Source: Adineta vaga (taxonomy: Eukaryota > Animalia > Rotifera). Taken from it: DNA of 64,000 bases. This document shows positions 36,393 through 49,055 of this stretch, in pieces. Below the pieces are notes generated by a model, which did not search any database, was not told the DNA's origin, and saw only the letters and a program-made list of their open reading frames with translations. Position numbers and translations under genes: made by a program. Location: positions 2,108,001 through 2,172,000 of the forward strand of contig CP075495.1 in assembly GCA_021613535.1 (NCBI GenBank), written 5' to 3'. How positions within the stretch are numbered: the stretch's first letter is position 1; each line of letters opens with the position of its first letter.

Positions 36393-39300
36393 TTAGACAA
36401 GATCATCATCGAATATAAATGTTTCATTGGTTTCTGATGTTGTTATAGAACGAGGAAGAAATAGATCATCTTCGTCATTCGATTGATGTATTGCCGATGG
36501 TAAATTCCTTTGAAAAGACAAAATTATACAAGACAATAAAAAGAGAAAGAAAGTTTTGTTTTACTCTCTCGGTGTAGAAAATAATTTTTGACGAAGTGTT
36601 TGAATACGTGTTGTTGTTGCATCAGCAGGTGTTACTGTTAATGTCGGAATAACAACATTTCGATTAGAATCATTTTCCATTGATTCATGATTGTCAGCTA
36701 GATAATCATCTCGTAAAATGAAATATAGAAAAGAAGAAGAAGAAGAATTCTTACTTATAGTAATATCTGGAATTTCTTGTGAAAATGATAGATGTATACT
36801 TGTTCGTGGTCGAGTTAATACTTCGGCTAATTTGGAATTTGTACCAACAGCCTATGAATGAAGATGTAAATGAAAAGTTTACTTTATTTTATAGAATGAC
36901 AACTTACTTTAAGAACAGTATCAAGTAATTTTGGATCAGGTTTTGGTGGATGATCGACAATGATTGGTTCTGCTTGAACGACACCATCTTCACGAACTAG
37001 TTCTTCTTCATCCGGTTTCGATGAACGTTTCATTAGTTTTCTTTAAAAAAAGATGACAAAAAGAAAAACTTCATTCGAAATATTCATTTTCATTATTGAT
37101 TTACTTCGCTTTTCGACGTAGAATCTTTCCAGCTTCAGGAAAATCTTTTAATTGTTCATTCAAATCTGCTTTATGTAAAGTAAATAACGTTGAAAAACCT
37201 CGTGAAATTACCTAAAAACGAAGTAGCATTAAAATAATTGAACATTTTTTTTTCAATCCACTTACATCAGCTGTCCGTCGATTTCCACCAGCAACTTCAA
37301 GTAAACTAATCTCACCAAATACTGCACCATCTTCAAGACCAGCAATACGTTTATCATCAATAAATACATCGAGAATACCATGATTAACAATATACATTTC
37401 TCGTCCAATTTCACCCTATTTAATAACATATGATTTCATTCATTTTAAACAATTCTCTCTTACCTTTTTACAAATATAATCGCCTGGTAAAAATAAAGCA
37501 GGTTTTAATTTTAATACCAATGAATGAAGAAAGGTTTTTTCACAATCCTATATAAATATCATTCAAACAATGATATACAATCTTTGATAATAATAACTAT
37601 ACCTGAAATAATTGTACTTTTGATAATGTATCATAATGAATACTGATTGCTAATTCAGTTTGTAATGTTGTTGGTAAAAATGATAACGTTGTATCATCAT
37701 CCTCTATTTAATTTTAGAATTGATTTTCTCGTTCAAAATATCATCAAACTTACCGAGTGTATTTCGATCTTCCCAATTGTATTGAAACCAATTTCTGACT
37801 CGATCTTGTACTGTTTTTGGTAATTCAAATTTCTTTAAATATTGCATAACTTGTTCAACTTTATTTTGATATTCTGAACGTCGTTGATTCATCGATTGAA
37901 AAACATCACGTATTTGTCCAATTAATAAAGCAAATATAAACAAAGCAAATAAATACCCAATAATGACAAAAACATATTCTAAACCCGTTTCAGGATTTGG
38001 AATATTTCCAATTGTTGATGCAATTTTAAAGCAATAATAAAATGAATAAGAATATGCACTCATACGTGGTTGAGTTTCAGTTTTATAAACCCAACCATTA
38101 TTGACACCATGTCGACGTTCATAATTGGAAAAAAGAAAATAAATACATGCATAAATATGAACAGATAGAACAACATAAAGAAGTAAAGCAAGAATTCGTA
38201 CTAAACGTACACTTGCAAAAAACGATTGAACCCATCGATCACAATAACGAAAAAAAACTGTTAATGATTGAAGTCTTAATAAACGTGGTAGACGCAATAT
38301 TGCTTGAAAACCAAAAAGTAAATAAAATAAATCCAATGGAATAAGTGATAAACAATCGAAAATGAATCGTAATGAATGAAAATATTTCATTGCTGTTAAA
38401 CGAAATGTTGTCTAAAAGAAACCATAATCAATTATTATTTAAGAAAATATCTCATTACTTACAACCCATAGACCATTCTCTAAATATTTAATTCGTGTTT
38501 GAATAAAACATGTATCGATTAAGTATAGTACATCACAAGAATAATCGACCATCATCCATAACCATGTGGTCATTTTACCATTTTCCCAAACTGGAAATGC
38601 TATACGTAATGGTATGGAAATAAAATTATATAAATATGCCAATGCTACAAATAGTAACCAAGTTAAATGTATACTACCTGAAAAAAAGTGTTAAAAAACA
38701 AAAGTGAATTCGAATGTAGAATGGATGGTTAACTTACTATCTGTATCGATGGGTTTTCGTAGACCAGATTTATGTATACAACGAAGAATAACTCTTTGTA
38801 AACGTTGTTTTAGATTGTTACCTTCGATTGCTAAACTAGCAGTTGAAGCGTTACTTACACTTTCTAATGAGAAAATAGAACGACGAGGAAATTGTTTTTG
38901 TTCTTGTTGTTCTTCACGTACACTAACACTAGTTCCTATAAAAGTAAGTATGTCTCGATTGTATAAAATCTTTTTTTTTTTGAAAAGAAAAATTATCTTT
39001 ACCTGCGGTATTTTGTTCAAAATCGGCTGGTTGATGAATAATTTCTTTGATCGCATCTGTTCGATCACTGAATTTTCGACGTAAATTACGTAATTGTCCA
39101 CCGATCAGTGATTCTTGTGATGTGCGTGGAATTGGATATGAAATTGATTCATATATTCGACTAAAATATATCATATTGAAAATGAAGATCAAATTATATT
39201 TAATGATATATGATCTTTACTTGCTGTAACTTCGAATAGGTGATCTACCCGATAGTAGTTCATCATCATACGTAACTATAAGAGTAGAAAGAGTTTCTTT

Positions 39301-39457
39301 TTTCAATAGAAACTAAAGAGAGAAAATACAAACAATCAGGTTCTGGTGTTGTTAAATTGTCAAGTGTAATCTCATTCAAATCATTTTCAGTGTCTAAACT
39401 ACAGATTAAATTATCATAAGCTTCAAATCGTTTTCTAATATTTGAACGTTGAGTCAT
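36393..39457 (-). CDS. Cyclic nucleotide-gated channel beta subunit (CNGB/TAX-2-like), multi-exon
   Basis: S4 LRLPRLLR; pore [11 protein letters not shown] lacks the alpha-subunit Glu of TIGET; [23 protein letters not shown] is beta-type. Confidence 0.88.
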
Positions 39458-40063
39458 TTTCCGTTTCGTTGAAAAGGTACGTCACCGAATGAATTATATA
39501 TGTGTTGAGTAGATTAAAAACCATAGAAATATAGCGGATGCGTTTGTTTCTTAGAAATTATCCTCCCAGAAAAGAGATAACAGATGTCACTTTTATTACA
39601 TCCATTTACGGAATGAATGAATGTCTATTGAGTATTGTTGAATGGAAAAAGATTAACCCGATCTGCTCTTCATGTGTGTCATCTTTATGTTTAAGATATG
39701 ATTGTGCAGTATCTTTGATTGATGTTCATTTATCGATATGTTTTATACTGTAGACGATCAATAACAGTGACGAAACTATTAACTGAAACTATTTTCAAAT
39801 ATTCGATTGCATGAGTGTATTGATTTCATAAAGATTCAATATGATACGGATTTACACATATTGAAAAAATACGAAATTCTGCTGACGTTTTAGTTCTCAT
39901 AAAATATCGATAAATGAATAATATTCGTCCATCACATATTAACGACCTCTATCTTCCTTATTTATCATTTGTTCTTTCTTCTTGCCTAATATTTCAAAAA
40001 AAAAAGAGAAAGAAAATTATTAGTCGTGCCAAGTTACTTTTATTTTTTTCTTGAGCGACTAAA

Positions 40064-41505
40064 ATGTCTGATGACGAGATAACAACAAACAATCTCATGG
40101 ATGTTGATACAGATCCTAAACAATCTAGTCCTTCTCCCGGTCCAGCATCATCAACGGTTATACTTGATATTGGTATCGGTAGTGGATACATATCTGGTTC
40201 AGACGATGAAGAAATAACTGAACCAACAACATCAAAAAGTTCTACACCAGATTCTACAACACTTACGACAGTTACGAAGAAAAAGCCTTTAACTACTAGT
40301 AAACATCCACTTACAAAAAGTTCGTATACTTTATTACAAAAAATAAGCATATCTTAGAAAGTCAATTTTCTTGTTATTTGTAGCTAAATCATCACTAGTT
40401 AATTATGAACGTGATTCTGATGATGATGAACATACAGATGAAGACGACGAAGAAGAAAATGAAAATTCCCATGATGAACAAGATCTCGATGATGATCGAT
40501 CAAATTCAAATAATGCAATTACATCGCATGGTGGAGAATCTGATTCTGTTCAAATGGAATCAACAATATTCACTGAACAAACGATCGTTACATCTGATCT
40601 TCTCAATGTCACACCTGCATGTTCATTTGATCAATATTTTCTGCTAATTCGTTTTTATTCTTTCAATTTTAGTTCAAAGGAGAAGACGCATCACCATCCT
40701 CTCGTGTTGATTTAACATCAAGTAATAAACGAACGACAACACGAATCTTAATTGTCTTTCATTTTTCTAGATTATGCTTTTATATTTCCTGAAGACTCAG
40801 AAATTCGTATACCACCTGAACCTACAAAGAATTGTTCAACAAAATTGGAGGTAATCAGAATATTTCTTTATCAACTTGTTAAATATCATCTATTTTAATA
40901 GCAAAAATTTGAAGAATATTACAAACGATATCGAAAAACTGGTATTGATCAAAATGCTGTTATCCAAGAATTGAAAGATTTTAGAAATCCATGGTATGAA
41001 AAAGATTCATTTGTAACGAAAAAGAAAAGGCATATTCTTTTCTAGTATGTATGAAAAAATGATTTCTCATTTGCATATTGATGAAATCGGTACAAATTTT
41101 CCTCAAGTATGTTTGATAAACTGATATTATTTATTCATTCATTTTTTTTATTTTATTCTTATCTAGGAATTATATGATCCACATTGGTGGGGTAAAGAAT
41201 CGTATTATGAAGAATTAAGTACGGATTTCGTTGTTAATCTTTCCATTAATGTAATGAGAAGTCGTTTTCTTTTCTCGTTTAGGTAAAGCACAAAAGAATG
41301 AAATGGATCGACGGGAAAAAGAACGACGTGAACGATCTAAAGTTCGTTATAAAACAGAAATTTGTTCGACATCACATGTGTGTGTTTTTTTGCTATTCTT
41401 TAGATTGGCTTTACACCGGGTGTAAAAAAAATTGATCAACTTGGCATGGGTTTATCAAATAATTCTGATATCGGCGGCGAAAAACGTAGAACTCGTTTTG
41501 ATTAA
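40064..41505 (+). CDS. SAP30BP: SAP30-binding protein (HCNGP domain), multi-exon
   Basis: SLVNYE, RIPPEPT, KDFRNP(C)MYEKMISHLHIDEIGTNFPQELYDPHWWGKESYYEEL. Confidence 0.9.
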
Positions 41506-42358
41506 TAATAATATACATATATACACTACATTTTTTTTGACTGTTTCTACTGTTATGATGATGAATATAAAATCAAAATATAGACGATCTTTTATGTTTC
41601 TCTAATATATGTATATAAATGAATAGAAAGCTGTTAGATTTATTTTTTTGATATTGACGAGGATGACACGAATTAAGGATATGTTCGATAATTAGTTTAT
41701 TGATCAGAGTTTAGAAGTTTAACAAAATTTGATACTATCGCACTATTTAATGGGTTCCCATATGTTACTTAATTCTGTTAAATACAAATATTTCAGTATG
41801 TGTTATTACCATTGATTGATCTGTTTTGTTTTACTTTCGTAAAGAACAACGATAGATATTATCTCTCGATTATAAATATGTCATGATTCATCAGATGATG
41901 CATCTATTGTTCTTCATGTATATCTTCAGAATATAAATATAAGTGTCAGTTATTTTGTTTTATTTTAGATATTAGTAATAGTCATGGTCTCAATTGCTGA
42001 GTCAATATTGCTAAGATTAATAGAACTTTGACGAAATTCATATTTCTGTTAGTTCCAAGCATTTTTACTTTTATTAGAAAAAGCAGTTGATGAAAAACGA
42101 AATGTTCTTCAAACAAGTATCATAATATGCAACGGTGTTAGCTCTTCCATGTTCTACATACGTTAATTGATATTGAATATGCATACTGTTCGTTTAGCAG
42201 CAGTATGAATTCTTTCAAGATGGGTTCAAACAAAATTAAGACCACACAATTCTCTAATCGATATTGATTTTTCGTCTTTCACTGAATAAATATCGATTGA
42301 AATGAATATTTTTTGCTTTGAACTGAAAATACATTTCATCTTTTCATCTATAAAATAG

Positions 42359-43317
42359 ATGAAAAACGTATTAATTACTGGAGCTAATCGAGGTATTGGC
42401 TTTGGCTTAGTGAAACAATTTTTAGCATCGAATGCTAATCATGTTTTTGCTACGTATCGTCAAATGGATCGATCGAAAGTAATCTCACATATTTTCAAAT
42501 ATGAATATCTATGTGTGAATTTATTTTTAGGAACTATTTGATTTAGCTAAAGAACATTCGGCTACTGTAACACCAATTCAACTTGGTTAGTTAGATGATT
42601 ATAATAAGCTATAAAATGATATTTCTTCTACATTTATAGATATTACTGATGATTCAAGTATTCAAAGAGCTGTTGAAAAAGTAGAACAACGATTAAATGG
42701 TAAAGATTTCAATTGTTTAATTAATAATGCTGGTTCAACAACAAAATTAAGATTTAAGGATATCAATGAAAAAGATATGATGGAAACATATCGACAGAAT
42801 GTTATTGGACCATGGAAAGTTACTAAAGTATATACCATACATAGAAATTGTTTAAATATTCAATTTCTTCTTCTTCTAGGGATTTTTACCTCTTCTAAAA
42901 AAATCTGCTTTACAACTGAAACAACGTGATATTAAACAATCATCAGTCATCAACATTTCTTCAATTATGTCATCTCTCGAATTAGCCCCGAATTTACTTT
43001 ATAACTATTACGATTATCAATGTAGTAAAGTTAGTTTGGAATATTCATAATTTTCTTTATAAATTTCAATTCTTTTTCAGGTAGCATTGAACATGTTAAC
43101 AATTAGTATGGGTAACGATCTTAGAAAAGAGAAAATCTTCTTTTCACTTCTTCATCCTGGCTGGGTTAAAACAGAAATGGGTACAAATAAAGCTCCACTT
43201 TCACCAGATGCTGCTGCGAAAAACATTCTCGATTGTTTACAAGCTCTTACAAATGATCATTATTGTAAATTAATCGATACACGTGATGGCAACAAAGTGA
43301 CAGTTTTACCTTTTTAA
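42359..43317 (+). CDS. Short-chain dehydrogenase/reductase, C-factor/sniffer-like, 5 exons
   Basis: VLITGANRGIG, LINNAG, VINISS, YDYQCSKVALNM, LHPGWVKTEMG. Confidence 0.9.
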
Positions 43318-43378
43318 ATCAATTTTTTTTCAAGAGTATATTTATCCATATAAAAAAAAGAACGTAGTGAAGAAATAA

Positions 43379-43993
43379 TTATAGGAGTGTATAACGATAA
43401 GATTCTCGACTAGAAATCATGGTTGCATGTCGAATGGATTTCAAAATTAGAATCAATGTAGCAAAAGTTAAAGAAATACCTATAGCAAGCATTAGAATTA
43501 AAATTATTTGGCCAATTGTTCCACTAGTTTGATTAATCAATGAAGTCAATTTTGTTTGTGTTGAATTTGCTATAGACGACCAAGGAATAGTACCAAACGA
43601 TGAACGAAGAGTATTTATAACTGAAGTTTTATTCTTTGATTTGAATGTACGAGTCATATTGGATAATAAAGAAAAATTTTCACATTTATCAGAATAACAT
43701 AAACGACCGAGGCAAATATTTGTAGAAGATCGTACTGTAACTTGACATATATTCGAAGTATTGGATTGACAACAATTGATAGAACATGAATCGATCAAAT
43801 TATTCAATAGTTGATCATCAGTAATAATTGTACTATTGAAATTTGTATTCTTCGTATTACATTGATGAAGATCAATATTAATTGATGCATTCTTCTGATT
43901 ATTATTTGGTTTATTAGTAGTTGAATAGGCAATTATAGTAGAAATGAATAATTGTTGGGAAAAGAGAAAAAGTAAAAGCAGATGCCATTGCAT
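43379..43993 (-). CDS. Type I membrane glycoprotein with Cys-rich (MANSC-like) ectodomain
   Basis: Signal peptide, many N-x-S/T sequons, CSINCCQ..C..C..C..C cysteine spacing, one C-terminal TM, tail ending YRYTLL. Confidence 0.6.
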   Translation of the reverse strand: MQWHLLLLFLFSQQLFISTIIAYSTTNKPNNNQKNASINIDLHQCNTKNTNFNSTIITDDQLLNNLIDSCSINCCQSNTSNICQVTVRSSTNICLGRLCYSDKCENFSLLSNMTRTFKSKNKTSVINTLRSSFGTIPWSSIANSTQTKLTSLINQTSGTIGQIILILMLAIGISLTFATLILILKSIRHATMISSRESYRYTLL

Positions 43994-44595
43994 ATCGTCT
44001 TGATAGTTGTATGATAACAGAGAAATGAAAATGTGCTTTTTGTGTTCTTATTATAGTATCACACGACAAATGCATTTTGAAAATAGACAGAAATAAAGTC
44101 ACAGCTGGTTTAATGATTCGTTGAGTCAAACAATCAAGTGCTGATACATACGCCCAACTATGACCTTCATCGTTTTTTCTATCGTTGTATATATTTCATT
44201 CTCATGAATTGAAGTGTAAATTTATCCATAATTTAATATTTTTCAAATCTCTTTGATTGTATAAACTGTTCAGGATATACACTTCGGTGTAACTGCGATG
44301 TAGTCGTTAAAAAATAGGCAACACGGAGTTTCCATTGTCAATGGGTATGGCACCACTAATTTCATTTGTTTGTTCAATAAATTTACCGGATGTAACAAAG
44401 AATTTGAAAGATTTACACTGCAATAAAGTACGCTCATTCAAAGATAGTATCAGCTGCGATAACACCGATACGAAAATCTCAATTAACAATAAAATCAAAT
44501 CAAATGTTCTCTTAAAATATCCTTAGACATTCATGCTCATGACTATCTTTGATTAGTCATAATAAGATCTACAATGGCAGTAGAAAAACATTTGT

Positions 44596-45807
44596 TCATT
44601 TATATTTTATTCTTTTCTTTCGTAATTTTTCTTGAAATTGTATAATTTCATTAAAACCCGAATGAAATGATATTAATATTGTCAAAACATTTTTCATTAG
44701 GAAAAATACCATTTTATTTGAACTATCAGACATAAATGTTAGAAAATACCATCGTATGATTAAAAATGGTAGATCTTGTGTGAGAGTAATATAAATAACT
44801 GACCACATTGAAGTACAAAAGATTAATTCAAATATAACTAAAGATTTCTTTCGAAAATTTAATCGCGAAAAATCTCTTCTATGAATATGTATTGTTGGTT
44901 TCGTTTTCATTTGTAAATTCATACTAAATTGTAATGTTGACATGATAAAAATAATGAAAATTATAGTTTGTAAATGATATTGATCTTGTAATTTATTTAA
45001 ATTTTCTCCTTGATGAAAATTTCCATAAAATTCAACAATATCCGGTGCAGCTGCTAAATATTGACGTAACATTTGAGCAAAATAAATTTCATCGGAACTT
45101 TCTGTTTGTGGCCAAATCCAATTAACAAGAACTAAGACAAGTAAAAGTAATTGTTCAATAAGCATAAAACCAGCTAATTCATCGCTTAATATACCAATTA
45201 ATGTAAAACGATTGATTAATTCTCGCCAAGTTGAACATGAACTAAGTAAGAATGATGAAAATATCGTAGTAAGTGAATAACGTCGACAACATGTTCGATA
45301 TTGAATTTTTGTTAATAATGAACACATTAATTGAAAATTATCTTGATTAAAATAAAATAAACGATCTTTCGAACATTTAAATGTATAAATTGGATATTCT
45401 ATTAGTTTCATATGATTTATTTCTTCTTTCAATTTCATATCAAAACAAAATGTTATATTTCGTTTAAGTAGTAATTCAATATTTGTCTGTCGAAATACTT
45501 GACTAATATGTAATTGATGTTGTTTGAAGATTCTTAATATTGGTACACATGTTATTATAAATAGAATAATTGATGGAGAAAACCAACGAAATTCTTTCCA
45601 TTGTCCACGAAATTGATAATACAAACTGATACTACCTTCGATAATAATTGCAAGAATTCCGCAGATATATGTTAAAATATGATAATTTTGTGTAACACAC
45701 ATAATAGTACACATGATAAACATTGCAAAACCAATTAAAATTAAACGAACAGACAATCGACGAAGTGTATTCGTATCAAAAAATGAATTGAATGGAGAAG
45801 AAGACAT
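44596..45807 (-). CDS. TMEM26-like multi-pass membrane protein, intronless
   Basis: EFRWFSPSII; IEQLLLLVLVLVNWIWP; QMLRQYLAAAPDIVEF; QDLPFLIIR; MVFFLMKN. Confidence 0.82.
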   Translation of the reverse strand: MSSSPFNSFFDTNTLRRLSVRLILIGFAMFIMCTIMCVTQNYHILTYICGILAIIIEGSISLYYQFRGQWKEFRWFSPSIILFIITCVPILRIFKQHQLHISQVFRQTNIELLLKRNITFCFDMKLKEEINHMKLIEYPIYTFKCSKDRLFYFNQDNFQLMCSLLTKIQYRTCCRRYSLTTIFSSFLLSSCSTWRELINRFTLIGILSDELAGFMLIEQLLLLVLVLVNWIWPQTESSDEIYFAQMLRQYLAAAPDIVEFYGNFHQGENLNKLQDQYHLQTIIFIIFIMSTLQFSMNLQMKTKPTIHIHRRDFSRLNFRKKSLVIFELIFCTSMWSVIYITLTQDLPFLIIRWYFLTFMSDSSNKMVFFLMKNVLTILISFHSGFNEIIQFQEKLRKKRIKYK

Positions 45808-46249
45808 TTAATAAGAATGGTAAATATGATGTGGCGCATTTTTTTTAAAACAATTCAATATTTGTCTTGAAGAATGAATTGGTTCGATAGTTTCGAAACC
45901 TTCGCATTTAACAAAATTATTTGAGATAGATATCTTTAAAAGCGAATAAATGTATGACACTGATTGATATATATATATTCTTTTTAATGACGTATGTTTG
46001 CGATCAGATCTAGTTTATCTACATTAAATGTTTGTCATACACAATACACTATTCAATATATAAGGATATTTAATCGCTTTTTGATGAAAAAGAAAAGAAA
46101 CAAGACACGAAAGAGAGAAATAGAGAGAGAGAAATATACTGAAGAAGATCGAGAAAAAAACATAACGAACGATGTTAACGTGTGCATTTGAAAGTTATTA
46201 AAAATCGTAAGAATAAAGTTTCTTTTGATAGTTTTATTTTGTTACACTA

Positions 46250-48005
46250 ATGGTTGGTTTGTTGCAGTTGCGTCGTCGACAAAAATATCGTCTAGTAATT
46301 GGTACTGCTACCGTTATTATTGCCTTTATCATCATATACTCACGCTTACCACCTGAACAAGATACTTCATCAACATCCGAAAATTCATCACAAGAAATAC
46401 ACAGTACTGTACCTATCATTCCACTCGCTGCTATCAAAGAGGCTGCAATGATTTCTACTGATGATGATGTTTCTGATTTTCCCGTTGTACGTCGTTCTGT
46501 CAAAGAGCGACGATTTACCAGTTCTGCTGTCGAGTCTTTAATTAAAGAAATTAAAGAGAATATTAAAAATAAAGAACTTGCATGGTTATTTGAAAACTGT
46601 TTTCCGAATACACTCGATACTACCGTTGATTTTGATGAAAAAGCCGCTACAGAAAATCGACCGGATACATATGTTATAACTGGTGACATTGATGCCATGT
46701 GGTTGCGTGACTCGAGTGCTCAAGTAAATCCATATTTACCATTAATGCGTAATGACTCGAAATTGCGTCAATTAATTGAAGGAGTTCTTTTACGACAATG
46801 TCTTTTTGTTCAACGTGATCCGTATGCAAATGCACATTATAAAGATACGAATCGTACAAGTGAATGGAAACGTTCGGATCAAACTGAAATGCGTGATGGT
46901 GTACATGAACGAAAATGGGAATTAGATTCTCTTTGTTATGTGATACGATTAATGCATTCTTATTGGAAAGAAGTCGATTATGATCAAACATTTTTTCGTA
47001 AAAATAAAAAAGAATTCAAGAAAACAATTGCATTGATTCTACAGACAATGAAAGAACAGCAGAGATTTAATGGATCAGGTAAAAAAAATACATTCCTAAA
47101 GAGATTTAAGAACATCTTAAGCATATGAATGAATGATCGATCGTTTTGATCAATTTGAAAGCTTGACTTTTCATTCTCATCAATTAAGGTCCTTATACCT
47201 ATCAACGACAAGGTCATCCACAAGATTCACATGGACATTCAGCGAAACCTAATGGTCTCATCCATACATTCTTTCGTCCAAGTGATGATTTACAAACATT
47301 ACCATATCTCATTCCATCGCAATTCTTTGCACTACAAGTATTAAAACTTTTATCTGAATTAGTAAAAAATCTCGAATGGACGGAAGAGTTTAATGATGAT
47401 ATTGTGAATTTAACAACAGCTCTTGAAAGTATTCTATCTCGTAAAGATACAATAAATGATCCAATGAAACAAATTGTGTTTGATCATACTAAGCATCACT
47501 TGATCTATGCATATGAAATTGATGGATTGGGTAATACAAATTTTATGGATGATTCGAATATTCCATCACTACTTTCATTACCTTATTTATGTCCTGATAT
47601 TATACCACTTAATCATACAATTTATCAAAATACACGTAAATTTGTATTAAGTTCAGATAATCCCTGGTTTTTCAAAGGAACTATACTTGAAGGTAAAGAA
47701 ATTCAGATATTGTTTACTAATTTATTCTTTTGATTTATTAAGGTATCGGTGGTCCACATGTTGGAAGTTCAATGGTATGGCCATTAGCGATTATTATGCG
47801 TGGTTTAACAACGACAGATGATGAAGAAATTCGAGCATGTTTAAAAATGTTACAAACAAGTCATGGAGATAAAGGATTTATGCATGAATCCATCGATATT
47901 AATGATCCAAAACGATTTACAAGATCATGGTTTGCTTGGGCAAATAGTTTATTTGGTGAATTCATTTGGAAATTATATCGAGAAAAACCCTATCTATTAA
48001 ACTAA
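46250..48005 (+). CDS. Glycoside hydrolase family 125 (DUF1237, exo-alpha-1,6-mannosidase-like) with N-terminal signal anchor, 3 exons
   Basis: FENCFPNTLDTT, VITGDIDAMWLRDS, ERKWELDSL, FRPSDD, MDDSNIPSLLSLPYL, GGPH, MHES, FTRSWFAWANSLFGE; introns ~47079-47188 and ~47693-47742. Confidence 0.93.
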
Positions 48006-48302
48006 ATCCGGTGATAATAGAAACTTAATAGGAAAGACGTTTTATTCTTTTTTTTCTAATGTTTTTGGTTATGATCTAAAAAAAATCCGCAAAAGAATAC
48101 TATAAATATCATCAACTACTGAAAAGGTTATTCACAAATCCTCAATGTCAAGCTATGTGTCATCGATAGAGAATGCTGGTTTCTGATGACATTGAGAAAG
48201 CAAAGATCGCTTTAGTATGATTCATCCAATAAAAGAAATGTTATCGTGTTCTTTATCAGTTGATATTATTATTTAAAGCATATAGAAAACAACAACAACA
48301 AG

Positions 48303-49018
48303 ATGACCTTCTTATTACATGTTGAATTCGATGCCAATTCAGCATCGACAGCTAATAAAATGCTTGAATGTTTAGCTGGTATGGCTAATATTGTTCATCG
48401 TGATCATCCCGAAGTTTATACTTACATATTTCGACATGAAAATGAAACAAAACTTTGATTTACAGAAATCTATGGTACTGAACAAGTTTTTCTTGATCAT
48501 GCAAATGATCCATAATTCACTAACTCTATCAACAAGCATTTGATCCTTCATCGGGAAAAAGTCGAAAAGAATTATGTATTCGCAATGATATCAATCAACC
48601 ATTGATGCCAATTACTGCGAGTATACTTGATCATTATTTACATGTCACTTATATTCCAGTTGAACATGGTTTTCTTCATCGAAATTTAGCAGATAAAGGA
48701 ATACAAGATCTTTTAATTGTATGCAGTGGTTGTGATGCAAATGTCTATGAATTATTAAATACAATAGTTCATTGTGTAACATGTGTGACATTTGAAGAAT
48801 CCAATAAAAATCGACAATTAATTGCAGTTATTACGCAGATTTTAAACGAGAAAAAATCCATTCCAGATACAAAACCAATCATCAATGAGATAGAATTAGT
48901 TTGTTCAAGCGAAGAAACAATTCAAAAATTCAAAGAAATGATCAATCAATATTTTCGAGTTCAATCTATACATATTCAAACAAGTTATAGTGGTTATATT
49001 CATCACAAATCTTCATAA
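48303..49018 (+). pseudogene. Disrupted ABM-like (dimeric alpha+beta barrel) gene
   Basis: Frame from ATG 48303 (MTFLLHVEF...HRDHPEVYTYIF...FTEIYGTEQVFLDH) has in-frame TGA 48456 and TAA 48513, then a frameshift into ORF 48602-49018. Confidence 0.65.
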
Positions 49019-49055
49019 AATAAATCATTTTATGACAAAATAAAACTATTCTTGT

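Noticed and set aside
41650-42220. Coding-like fragments (FQAFLLLLEKAVDEKRNV...VRLAAV) between SAP30BP and the SDR
   Set aside because: Broken by stops and not assignable to a family; possibly a decayed pseudogene, but unsupported without a search
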